Below, piece by piece: positions 48,480 through 56,990 of a stretch of 64,000 nucleotides of DNA (positions are counted from its first letter, which is position 1; each line of letters starts with the position of its first letter). Under the pieces are notes generated by a model. The model was not told the origin of the DNA and ran no database searches. It saw only the letters and a program-made list of their open reading frames with translations. Position numbers and translations under genes: made by a program. Source of the DNA: an uncultured Acidobacteriota bacterium (GTDB lineage Bacteria > Acidobacteriota > Vicinamibacteria > Vicinamibacterales > UBA2999); the NCBI GenBank assembly GCA_963834325.1, contig CAWIBL010000012.1:2501612-2565611 (forward strand). Reading direction: 5' to 3'.

Positions 48480-49192
48480 GGGGCCGCGTCCCCGGGGGTC
48501 CAGTGGGTGTCGAGCCAGTCGGGCAGCGGCTGCAGGTCGAGCGGCAGCCGCGATTCCACGACCACGCGGCGCGCGCCGGAGGGATGCGGGATCTCGAGAA
48601 ACGAGGCATGCAGGGCCAGCCGGCCCGCTGGCACCTCGGGCGGCAGCGGCAAGATGGCCTTGCCGTAAACCGCGTCGCCGACAATCGGGGTCTCGACTGC
48701 GCGCAGGTGGACGCGCACCTGGTGGTGACGGCTGGTGAGCGGCTCGACGCTCAGGAGCGCCACGGCGGCGCCGCCCTGCCGCCACACCCGCGTCACCGCC
48801 ACGGCGGTGCGGGCCGGCAGCGCGCCGGGCTCCTCGGGACGGGCCGGGCGGACCTTGCCCTTGCGCGCCGCGTGTAGCGGCAGATCGACGACGCCGCCAG
48901 CCACGTCCGGCACGCCGCGCACCAGGGCGGTGTAGCGGCGCTCCAGGTCGCGGCGGTCGAAGGCCATCGACAGCATGCGATGCGCCTCGGCGGTGCGGGC
49001 GAACACGACGATGCCCGAGGTGTCGCGATCGAGACGGTGCACGACCCAGGCGCGCGTGCCAATCTGGGCCGCGACCAGTTCGCGCAGGCAGGCCCCGGGG
49101 GATTCGCCCGGCGCGGGGATCACGGTCACGCCGGCCGGCTTGTCGGCCACGACCATGGCCTCGTCTTCGTAGAGCAGCGCAATCGGCGTCAC
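48476..49192 (-). CDS. RluA family pseudouridine synthase
   Basis: ...LLYEDEAMVVADKPAGVTV...VHRLDRDTSGIVVFART...HQVRVHL.... I chose the GTG 49192 start. The track start at 49318 adds an Arg-rich extension. Confidence 0.8.
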   Translation of the reverse strand: MTPIALLYEDEAMVVADKPAGVTVIPAPGESPGACLRELVAAQIGTRAWVVHRLDRDTSGIVVFARTAEAHRMLSMAFDRRDLERRYTALVRGVPDVAGGVVDLPLHAARKGKVRPARPEEPGALPARTAVAVTRVWRQGGAAVALLSVEPLTSRHHQVRVHLRAVETPIVGDAVYGKAILPLPPEVPAGRLALHASFLEIPHPSGARRVVVESRLPLDLQPLPDWLDTHWTPGDAAP

Positions 49193-49347
49193 GAGGTGGC
49201 GGCGTCGCCACGCGCGACGGCACCAGCGTGGCCTAAAGTGGACAGACCGATCATCATCGGCACTATCTTCCCTCGATCTTCCGCGAAAGTGGCGGCCCAG
49301 TGGCGTGGTGGAACGCAACTTGTAGACTCGTTGCCGGAGAGGTGCAC

Positions 49348-49887
49348 ATGGTCCACTCGGAAGGACATCACGCCGGGGACGCTCGGTTGGCGCCGGACGC
49401 CAAACGCTGGAGGCGCTTGCTGGCCCGCGTCCCGCTCATCGCGGCCTTGGCCGTCTTCATGTTTACGACCGCCGTGGCACCGGCCCGGGCGCAGCCGGCC
49501 ATCGGGTTCCAGGGCGGGTTCGCCGTCGATCCCGAGCAGGTGTTCGGCGGAGTCTTCTTCCAGACCGGCGACATCGGCCGCGGCATCCGGCTGCGACCGG
49601 GCATCGACGGCGCCGTCGGCGACGGGCTCCGCATCGCCAACCTCGGCGTCGACTTCGTCTACGGCTACCCGCTCGGCGCCAACGGCTGGACGTTCCTGGC
49701 CGGCGGCGGTCCCACCGTCGTCATCACCCGCTTCGCGGACTTCCCCGACGAGCGCGACACGAGCGTCGGCTTCCACTCGATCGTCGGGTTCGGACACGAC
49801 AGCGGCTTCTTCACCGAGCTGCGCCTCGGCAGCGGGCGCACCCAGCAGTTGAAGCTGGGCGTCGGGTGGGCCATCACCTTGGACTGA
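49348..49887 (+). CDS. Small outer-membrane beta-barrel-like protein
   Basis: ATG 49348 follows GGAGAGG. It has a signal-like segment ...LLARVPLIAALAVFMFTTAVAPARA and alternating Gly/aromatic beta-strand-like repeats ending ...KLGVGWAITLD. TATCTT at 49264-69 lies upstream. Confidence 0.55.
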   Translation: MVHSEGHHAGDARLAPDAKRWRRLLARVPLIAALAVFMFTTAVAPARAQPAIGFQGGFAVDPEQVFGGVFFQTGDIGRGIRLRPGIDGAVGDGLRIANLGVDFVYGYPLGANGWTFLAGGGPTVVITRFADFPDERDTSVGFHSIVGFGHDSGFFTELRLGSGRTQQLKLGVGWAITLD

Positions 49888-49970
49888 GCCCCGGCCGCCC
49901 ACGTCGGTTCGCCGGAACGCGACGCCGCGGGATCGGGGCTCGCAAGAGGCATGCGATACTGCGCGCCGAC

Positions 49971-50472
49971 ATGTCCGAGCCGGTTCGCACGCGCACCGTC
50001 ACCTGGACCGACCCGGCCGAGATGCAGGCCCGGCTCTGGCGCCGAGCCGGGCCTCGCCGTGCTGCGCCGCATTGTCGCCGGGGAGCTGCCCGCCGGCGCC
50101 GATGGCGCAGCTGATGGGTCTCGACGCTGGTCGAGGTCGGCGACGGCGTCGCGGTGCTTCACCGCCGTGCCGGCGGAGTATCCACTACAACCCGGCCGGG
50201 GTCGTGCACGGCGGCTTCGCCGCCACGCTGCTCGACTCGGCCATGGGCTGCGCCGTCTACACCACCGTGCCGCCGGGCCTCGCCTACACCGACGGTCGAG
50301 TTGAAGGTGAACTGCGTCAAGGCCGATGACGGCGCAGACTGGCGCGGTGCGGGCCACCGGCCGCGTGCTGCACCGCGGACGGCGCACCATCGTGGCCGAG
50401 GGGCGCATCGAAGACGCCGCCGGCGAGCTGCTCGCGCACGCGACGACGACGTGCCTCATCTACGGGGCGTGA
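49971..50472 (+). pseudogene. PaaI/hotdog-fold thioesterase; seven successive frame breaks
   Basis: The reconstructed product is MSEPVRTRTVTWTDPAEMQAR / SGAEPGLAVLRRIVAGELP / PAPMAQLMGLD / LVEVGDGVAV / FTAVPAEY / HYNPAGVVHGGFAATLLDSAMGCAVYTTVPPGLAYT / TVELKVNCVKA / TAQTGAVRATGRVLHRGRRTIVAEGRIEDAAGELLAHATTTCLIYGA*. The jumps are near 50035, 50090, 50126, 50157, 50182, 50291 and 50325, and each goes to the next frame. Confidence 0.85.
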
Positions 50473-50479
50473 GCGCCGC

Positions 50480-51805
50480 TTAACGCTCGCTCGGCACACC
50501 CGGCGTCGGCGTGGTGCCGCCCGCCAGGGGACGCAGCAGCCACGCCGCCAGCCCGGCCAGCACCGCCAGCATCGCCCAGCGCAGCAGCGCCGCCAGGAAC
50601 GCGGTGTCGAAGTCGGGCCACTGTGGCTGGTAAGCGCACGCAGCACGTCCCAGCGCTCGCTCGAGCCAGTGCCAGGCGGTGTGCGCCACGAACGCCGAGA
50701 GCACGATCGTGCCGACCCGCTCGTTCACGACCCGCCCGAGCAGCCAGCGCCAGCACGGGCAGCAGCACCAGCAGCACCAGCAACTGCCCCAGCTCCACGC
50801 CGACGTTGAAGGCCAGCAGCGACGTCAGCAGGTGGCTGCCGGCGAACTGCAGCGACTCGCGCAGGGCGAACGAGAAGCCGAAGCCGTGCACGAGGCCGAA
50901 GCCGAAGGTCACGATCCAGCGGCGTTGGAGATGCGCGCCGGTGATGTTCTCGATGGCCATGTAGACGATCGAGGCGGCAATCAACGTCTCGATGAGCGGC
51001 GGGAACCACAGCGCCGTCGGGCGCCATGTCGAAGGCCGAGGCGATGAGGGTGATCGAGTGGGCCACGGTGAACGCCGTGACCACCGCCACCAGCGGCCGC
51101 AGCCGCCGGAACGGGATGACCAGGCAGAACAGGAACAGCAGGTGGTCGATGCCGTCGAGGATGTGAAAGAAGCCGTCGCGGGTGAAGCGCAAGGCCGCCT
51201 GGTACCAGCGCGGGTCGAGTTCGACGAGGCCGGCGTCGCCGTGCACGTCGAAGACCCGCTCGGGCGTGCCGGGCATGAGCAGCCGCAGCACGACGTTGAC
51301 CTGGAGACCGAGGCGGGTCAGTCCCGGGCGCATGGCGAAGCGCGACCGGTCCGACCGAATCGGGTACTCGAAGCGCACGTCGAGCAGGCCGTCCTGCCAG
51401 TAGAGCTCGGTGTCGGCCGGCAGGGGCGGGCCGGTCAGGCTGGCCAGGGCCTCGTCGTAGTCGGCAAACGACTTGTCGGACGGCAGCGACACCCGGGCCG
51501 CGGTCACCGTGGGCTTGCCGAGCGGCCGGCCGTCCTCGAACAGCTCGACGAAGTCGCCGATCCACAGCATGGCGGCGTCCTCGAGCGTGGGTCCGACCCT
51601 CGGCAGGTCGAGAAACCCGTTCTCGCGCAAGGGGATGTCCACGTCGCGCATGGCCTTGAGCGGCGCCCGGACCAGGAACACGAGGGTCTGCGCCCTCGGG
51701 GCGCAGAAAGCTCTGCACCGTGACTTCGTTGGGGATTTCGTGGGCCTGGGGCCCGGCGGCCAGCAGGAGACATCCGGCGACCACGGCCGCGAGCGTGCGT
51801 TTCAC
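50480..51805 (-). pseudogene. HupE/UreJ family membrane protein, long form with an N-terminal periplasmic domain; three frame breaks
   Basis: GTG 51805 gives (M)KRTLAAVVAGCLLLAAGPQAHEIPNEVTVQSFLRPEG. The next pieces are QTLVFLVRAPLKAM...GFFHILDGIDHLLFLFCLVIPF...AFDMAPDG; then LWFPPLIETLIAASIVYMAIENI...GLVHGFGFSFAL...LLPVLAL; then LLGRVVNERVGTIVLSAFVAHTAWHW...*. The jumps are at about 51691, 51012 and 50744. Confidence 0.75.
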
Positions 51806-51891
51806 GTGGCCGAGGGTAGCGACTCTGCCGGCCCTCTGGCAAGCCGCGGCGCGCGGCCCCCGGTTGGCCGGCGGCGCGGCGGGCCGATCCG

Positions 51892-51899
51892 TGTATACT
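51892..51899 (+). promoter_or_regulatory. Candidate extended -10 box TGTATACT
   Basis: gtgtatactc lies 52 nt upstream of ATG 51951 in the divergent intergenic region. Confidence 0.3.
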
Positions 51900-51950
51900 C
51901 GCCGGGTTTCAGGTCTCCGCACATGGCGGGGTCCACGTTGGGGAGGCACC

Positions 51951-53228
51951 ATGAGCCGTGTAATTCATTCGCGCAAGGTCAGAATTGGCAGCGCGCTCGT
52001 TGCGTTGGCGCTGGCGTTCGGGCTGAGCGCGTCGTGGCTTGAGCAACGCGCCGTCGTCGAGGCACAGGCGGGCGCTCAGGCACCGAAGTTCGAAGTCGAT
52101 CCGATGTGGCCGAAGCCGATGCCCAACAACTGGGTGCTCGGGCAGACCATCGGTCTCACCGTCGACGATCGCGATCACATCTGGTTGATTCATCGCGGCA
52201 ACGATCCCGGCACGGCTGGCCTCGACCGCACGGAACTGGCCGTCGTTTCGCCCGGCACCCCGCGCGTCGGCGAATGCTGCGACGCAGCCCCGCCCGTGCT
52301 CGAGTTCGACGCGGCCGGCAACCTGGTCGGCCACTGGGGCGGCCCGGTGGCAGGCGCCCCCTACGAGTGGCCCGAGTCGAACCACGGCATCGTGGTGGAC
52401 CACAAGGGCTTCGTGTGGATCGGCGGCAACGGCGGCAACGACTCGCACATCCTCAAGTTCACGCGCGACGGCAAGTTCGTGGCCCAGTACGGCAAGGCGG
52501 CGCGCGCCGCGATGCCGAAGTCGACGCCCGACAAGCCGAGCTACACGGCCAACAGCATGGACATGGACAACTTCGGCCGCGTGGCCAAGATCTTCATCGA
52601 CCCCAAGGCCAACGAAGGCTACGTGGCCGACGGCTACCTGAACCACCGCGTCGCGGTCATCGACCTCGACAACGGCAAGATCAAGCGCATGTGGGGCGCC
52701 TACGGCAAGCCCCCGACGGACGAGCCGCTCGGCCGCTACGTGCCCGGGCAGCCGCCCGCCCAGCAGTTCCGCAACCCGGTGCACTGCTCGGAAGTCTCGG
52801 TCGACGGCATGGTCTACGTGTGCGACCGTCCCAACGACCGCGTCCAGATCTTCGACAAGACCGGCAAGTTCATCAAGGAAGTCTTCGTCGAGACCAACAC
52901 CCTGGCCGACGGCTCGGTGTGGGACATCGCCTTCTCGAAGGACGCCGAGCAGAAGTACCTCTACATGGCCGACGGCGTGAACGAGCACGTGCGCATCTTC
53001 GACCGCGCCTCGATGACCGAGCTCACCAACTTCGGCTACGGCGGCCGCCAGCCCGGGATGTTCCTGGGCGTGCACAGCATCGCCACCGACTCGAAGGGCA
53101 ACATCTACACGACCGAGACCTACACCGGCAAGCGCCTGCAGAAGTTCAACTTCAAGGGCGTCGGTCCGGTGACCGCGAAGAAGCAGGGCGTGCCGTGGCC
53201 GACCTCGACGTCGAAGGGCAACAACTAG
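51951..53228 (+). CDS. Secreted NHL-repeat/six-bladed beta-propeller protein
   Basis: ATG 51951 follows GGGGAGGCACC. The signal peptide is ...IGSALVALALAFGLSASW. Repeated ...GF.WI.../...VYV.D..N.RVQIFD..GKF... blades are present. The 425-aa ORF is intact. Confidence 0.75.
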   Translation: MSRVIHSRKVRIGSALVALALAFGLSASWLEQRAVVEAQAGAQAPKFEVDPMWPKPMPNNWVLGQTIGLTVDDRDHIWLIHRGNDPGTAGLDRTELAVVSPGTPRVGECCDAAPPVLEFDAAGNLVGHWGGPVAGAPYEWPESNHGIVVDHKGFVWIGGNGGNDSHILKFTRDGKFVAQYGKAARAAMPKSTPDKPSYTANSMDMDNFGRVAKIFIDPKANEGYVADGYLNHRVAVIDLDNGKIKRMWGAYGKPPTDEPLGRYVPGQPPAQQFRNPVHCSEVSVDGMVYVCDRPNDRVQIFDKTGKFIKEVFVETNTLADGSVWDIAFSKDAEQKYLYMADGVNEHVRIFDRASMTELTNFGYGGRQPGMFLGVHSIATDSKGNIYTTETYTGKRLQKFNFKGVGPVTAKKQGVPWPTSTSKGNN

Positions 53229-53254
53229 CGCCTCGTCTCGGCGGCGACATCTCA

Positions 53255-53290
53255 CGGCGGCGGCCTTCGGGCCGCCGCCGTTTTCTTTTT
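53255..53290. terminator. Rho-independent terminator between convergent genes
   Basis: cggcggcggcc-ttcg-ggccgccgccg is an 11-bp GC stem followed by TTTTCTTTTT (53281-53290), 27 nt after stop 53228. Confidence 0.8.
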
Positions 53291-53314
53291 GGGGGCGCTG
53301 TCAGGGGTGCGGCG

Positions 53315-53836
53315 TTACCGGCAGGTCGCGTTCAGCATCTTGACCTTGTCGACGTCCACGCGCCGCACCAGCACGTCGATCTTGCGGTCGGCGTTGGGAC
53401 CGGGCACCACCGAGTCGTTCGGCACCCGCGCCTTCATGTCGCGGCCGTCGGACTTGATCTCGATCTCGGTCCACAGTTCCTTCCGGTCGACTTCGATCTC
53501 GCCGTCTTTGAGCTGGCCCTTGAGATCGCCCTGCACCTCCACCTGGTGCCCAATGTGGCTCTTCAGGTCGTCATCCTCGTCCAGCCAGTAGAAGATGTTG
53601 GCGACCATCCCGGTCGTGCCGACCGTGCCCGGCGCGGCCGTACGCGGTTCCGCCGAGCCGGACACCGCTGCCCGGGGCCCGTTGATGAGCAGGTAGCCGT
53701 CATCCCCCTCGCCCTTGACCAGGCAACCGGTCAGGGTCACTGGATCAGCCGCCGCGCTCGCGGGCGCGAGGTTCAGGGCTCCGCAGAGCAGCGCCGCCGC
53801 GCTGAAAGCCGCCGCCGTGCGTCGATTGGCCGTCAT
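53315..53836 (-). CDS. Hypothetical secreted protein
   Basis: ATG 53836 follows CGAGGAGGAACC. The signal peptide is MTANRRTAAAFSAAALLCGALNLAPASAAA. I recognise no domain. Confidence 0.55.
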   Translation of the reverse strand: MTANRRTAAAFSAAALLCGALNLAPASAAADPVTLTGCLVKGEGDDGYLLINGPRAAVSGSAEPRTAAPGTVGTTGMVANIFYWLDEDDDLKSHIGHQVEVQGDLKGQLKDGEIEVDRKELWTEIEIKSDGRDMKARVPNDSVVPGPNADRKIDVLVRRVDVDKVKMLNATCR

Positions 53837-53911
53837 GGTTCCTCCTCGGGTGTCGCAGTGAACGCGACCGCCAGGATTTTGCAAGGCAGGTGCCAGGCGG
53901 CACCAACCTCG

Positions 53912-54418
53912 TCAGTGGCCGGCCGGACCGTCGAGCGCGCGGGGATCGAACGGGTAGGGCACGGCTGGGCCCCCCAGGGTTGGCCACACGGTCACGGCCG
54001 TGCCCGGCGTGCCGTCCTCGCCCTTGTCGTTGCGCAGCCCCAGCGCGACGGTGACGACACCGTAGTCGCCGCGCTCCTCGATGCCGGTCACGCGGCCCCA
54101 CGCCGTCAACGTCTCGCCCGGCACGTTCATGCCCCGGAACTGGAAGGCGATGGTCCACAGCCAGCCGGCCGGGCCGGCCCAGTCGGTCACCAGGCGGATG
54201 AGCACGTGCTGCTTCCACGAGCCGTTGACCACGACATCGGGCAGCCCGTCGTGTTCGGTGGCGTAGCGCCGGTCGAAGTGGATCCGGTGCCAGTTCTCCA
54301 TCGCCGCCGACCAGCGCATGACGTGCGACGGGGTGAGCGGGCCGAGCACGACCGGCGGCAGTTCGTCGCCGACCGTGATGTCTTCCACCGACTGCGGCGT
54401 GTGGGCCGGCGTTCTCAT
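53912..54418 (-). CDS. MaoC-like (R)-specific enoyl-CoA hydratase/dehydratase, hotdog fold
   Basis: ATG 54418 overlaps the upstream stop (ATGA). The 168-aa product has ...MRWSAAMENWHRIHFDRRYATEHDGLPDVVVNGSW.... Confidence 0.75.
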   Translation of the reverse strand: MRTPAHTPQSVEDITVGDELPPVVLGPLTPSHVMRWSAAMENWHRIHFDRRYATEHDGLPDVVVNGSWKQHVLIRLVTDWAGPAGWLWTIAFQFRGMNVPGETLTAWGRVTGIEERGDYGVVTVALGLRNDKGEDGTPGTAVTVWPTLGGPAVPYPFDPRALDGPAGH

Positions 54419-54945
54419 CGCAGGATCATGGTGTTGGTGGAACGCAGGAGCGGCGTGCCGTCGCTCGTCACGTACTCGTCCTCGATGACCACGAACACCA
54501 TCGGCCCGGAAGCGCCGTCGCGCTGGTAGATGTCCTGGTAGCGGCTGCGGCAGCGGATGCGCTCGCCGAGGCGCGCGTAGCGGAAGAACTCGTAGCTGTA
54601 GCCGCCGTTGAGGAGCCGCGACAACGGCACGTCGAGCGGCGGCAGCCCCGGCCGCAAGGCGCGTCCGTAGCCACCGAAGTCGGCGTCGGCCGCCGCGTCG
54701 AGCGGGTCGGGCGCGCCGGCGGCGCGCCGGAACGCGTGCACCGGAAAGGCCGGCGGCGCTACGACGCCACCGGCGCGCTCGGCCCCGGCCGACGCCGCAT
54801 CCCAGTATCGCGGCGACGGATCGAGCGTGGCCTGATGAAAGCGCCGCACCTCGCTGGCCTCGACCGGGTGCGTCGCCTCGACCCACGGGGACTCGGTGCC
54901 GACCAGTCGTCGGACGGCGGCGGAAACCAGGTCGGGCGACGGCAT
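54415..54945 (-). CDS. FAS1-like/MaoC N-terminal dehydratase domain protein (likely partner subunit)
   Basis: Intact 176-aa ORF with ...VEASEVRRFHQATLDPSPRYWD...LNGGYSYEFFRYARLGERI.... It is translationally coupled to the downstream hotdog gene. Confidence 0.65.
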   Translation of the reverse strand: MPSPDLVSAAVRRLVGTESPWVEATHPVEASEVRRFHQATLDPSPRYWDAASAGAERAGGVVAPPAFPVHAFRRAAGAPDPLDAAADADFGGYGRALRPGLPPLDVPLSRLLNGGYSYEFFRYARLGERIRCRSRYQDIYQRDGASGPMVFVVIEDEYVTSDGTPLLRSTNTMILR

Positions 54946-55049
54946 GTCACAAGACTATAGCCGCGCGCGGGTGACCGGTCGCCGCGTGGCGGCGGCGGAT
55001 GGTCTGGAGCCGCCAGGGGGATCGGTTACTCTACGGCGCGAGGGATTCC

Positions 55050-55484
55050 ATGACGGCATCGACGTTCGGCCTGGTGGCGCTGCCCGCGGTGTGGCTGGGG
55101 CTGGTGATGGCGGCGGCGCCCCACGCGGCGCAGACCAGGAGCGTCCTCGACGGCGTGTACAGCGAGGCGCAGGCCAAGCGCGGCCTCGACGCCTACCGCA
55201 AGGACTGCGCCTCGTGCCACGGCGAAGGACTCGACGGCGACGGCGCCGCGCCGGGCCTCGCTGGCAGCGAGTTCCTGAGCAGTTGGAACGGCACCACCGT
55301 CGGCGACCTCTACGAGCGCGTCCGCCTGTCGATGCCTCCGGGCAACCCCGGCGCGCTGCCCGCGAAGGTCAAGGGCGACATCGTCGCCTACCTGTTGCAG
55401 ATGAGCACGTTCCCCGCCGGCGAGGCCGACCTGCCGGCCGACGGGAACGTGCTCAAAGCGATCAAATTCGAACTCCCGAAGTAG
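55050..55484 (+). CDS. Class I c-type cytochrome
   Basis: I chose ATG 55050 (GAGGGATTCC upstream). It has a signal peptide, one CASCH heme-binding motif and a distal Met in ...RVRLSMPPGNPG.... Confidence 0.75.
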   Translation: MTASTFGLVALPAVWLGLVMAAAPHAAQTRSVLDGVYSEAQAKRGLDAYRKDCASCHGEGLDGDGAAPGLAGSEFLSSWNGTTVGDLYERVRLSMPPGNPGALPAKVKGDIVAYLLQMSTFPAGEADLPADGNVLKAIKFELPK

Positions 55485-55611
55485 TCAGCGAGGCGGCGGC
55501 GCGGCACCGGGCCACCACGGCTCCGGGCACGCCTTCGGCGGCGTTTTCGGCCTGTTTTGTGCCGGCCCCTTCCCCGCGCGGGGCGCTACCGCCGCCTGCC
55601 CTGTCCGGCAC

Positions 55612-55812
55612 GTGCGTTGCAGCCCGGGAGGCGTGCTGGACACGCCGAAGCCACTGGCAGCCTTGCCGGCGGACCTGCGTCACGCCTGCCCGCTCTGCGG
55701 TCATGAGATGGCGGTGATCGTGGCCGACTTGCCGAAGGGCCGGCTGACGCAGTGCGCCAAGTGCGGCGAGCTCGACTACCGGCGCAAGGCGGTAATGCCG
55801 GGCCGCGCCTGA
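55612..55812 (+). CDS. Possible small zinc-ribbon protein (CPLCG...CAKCG)
   Basis: 66-codon ORF with G/C-rich third positions and two CxxC knuckles. There is no clear SD, so the start is uncertain. Confidence 0.3.
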   Translation: MRCSPGGVLDTPKPLAALPADLRHACPLCGHEMAVIVADLPKGRLTQCAKCGELDYRRKAVMPGRA

Positions 55813-55904
55813 CGTCGCCGCCGGCCCTCCGCCGCCTCGCGCTTCTCTTTGTGCAACGCCCCATCTGAGCTGTAGTAGTACTGGGCGTCCCCATTTCACG
55901 CGAG

Positions 55905-56615
55905 GTGCTCGTGATGCGTCGCTTGGCGGTTCTGGCTCTTGGCTCCTTCGTCTGCGGCGTCTTTGCCGCGATCCCTGCGGCCGCGCAGCCCAGCGCAGGC
56001 ACCGTCTTCGTCAGCGCCGCCGCGCTGGCGGTGATCGATGAAGCTCCCGACGCCGCTGCCGCGGGCCTGCTGCCGGCCAACGACACCGGCGGCACGGTCG
56101 CTGGCGGCGCCCTGGGGCTTGGCGTCCACCTCACCCCGCGCCTCTCGGTGCGGGCCGAGATGCACCTGGCCGGCCGCGTGAAGAAGGAGCGCCAGCTTCC
56201 AGGCATCCTGGGCGGCGCGACCTCGCCCTTCGGCGGCGGCAGCAGCGTGTTCACCGTGACGCAGACCGTGGGGACGACTCGCGAGGCCACGCCCGTCTTT
56301 GCTCTCCTCGCCTATCACCTGACGGCGGCCCGGGTGTCGGTGGAGTTCGCCGGCGGGCTGGGCCTGGTGCGCCAGTCGGTGACCTCGACCTTCGACACCG
56401 TGGTGAGCGGTGCCGGGCTAAGCGTGGGCAGCTTCCCTCCCTCGCTGCCTCGCACCCAGGTCAGTGCGTCCGGCTACCATGCCGTGGCCGTGGTGGGCGC
56501 TGACGCCGCCGTGTCCGCCACCAGCCACCTCGCCGTCGTGCCGCAGGTCCGGGCCTACGTGCTCAACGGCGGCCTGAGCCTGCGTCCGGGCCTGGGGCTG
56601 CGCTGGACGTTCTAG
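55905..56615 (+). CDS. Outer-membrane beta-barrel protein
   Basis: The signal peptide is ...MRRLAVLALGSFVCGVFAAIPAAAQP. It has alternating beta-strand-like segments and ends in the C-terminal ...GLGLRWTF with a terminal Phe. Start at GTG 55905 or ATG 55914. Confidence 0.7.
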   Translation: MLVMRRLAVLALGSFVCGVFAAIPAAAQPSAGTVFVSAAALAVIDEAPDAAAAGLLPANDTGGTVAGGALGLGVHLTPRLSVRAEMHLAGRVKKERQLPGILGGATSPFGGGSSVFTVTQTVGTTREATPVFALLAYHLTAARVSVEFAGGLGLVRQSVTSTFDTVVSGAGLSVGSFPPSLPRTQVSASGYHAVAVVGADAAVSATSHLAVVPQVRAYVLNGGLSLRPGLGLRWTF

Positions 56616-56647
56616 GTTCCGCGCGGGCCGCACCGCCGGGGCACGCG

Positions 56648-56657
56648 GTGCTATCCT
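56648..56657 (+). promoter_or_regulatory. Candidate extended -10 box TGcTATCCT
   Basis: gtgctatcct lies 33 nt upstream of GTG 56690. Confidence 0.3.
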
Positions 56658-56689
56658 CGAAGGACGTCACCGTCCAGAGGTTAATTGCC

Positions 56690-56935
56690 GTGCCGATTTT
56701 CGAGTACCGCTGCACGTCCTGCCAGAACGAATTCGAGACGCTGGTGCGCACCGGCGACACCCCCGCGTGTCCGAAGTGCGCCGGCCAGGAGCTGACCAAA
56801 CTGCTGTCGCTGCCGGCCATCAAGTCGGACTCGACGCACGCCCTGGCGCTCAAGGCCGCGCACCGGCGCGACAAGGTCCAGCAGGGCGAGAAGAACCGCG
56901 AGCAGCGCGAGTACGAACTCAATCACGACGACTGA
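56690..56935 (+). CDS. FmdB family (CxxC_CxxC_SSSS) zinc-ribbon protein
   Basis: (M)PIFEYRCTSCQNEFETLVRTGDTPACPKCAGQELTKLLS... is the canonical family N-terminus and begins at GTG 56690, inside track ORF 56648..56935. Confidence 0.8.
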   Translation: MPIFEYRCTSCQNEFETLVRTGDTPACPKCAGQELTKLLSLPAIKSDSTHALALKAAHRRDKVQQGEKNREQREYELNHDD

Positions 56936-56990
56936 CGACACGCGGCAATCGGGGTAACATGCGCGCACCGGCGCCCGGCCGGTCCGCGCC

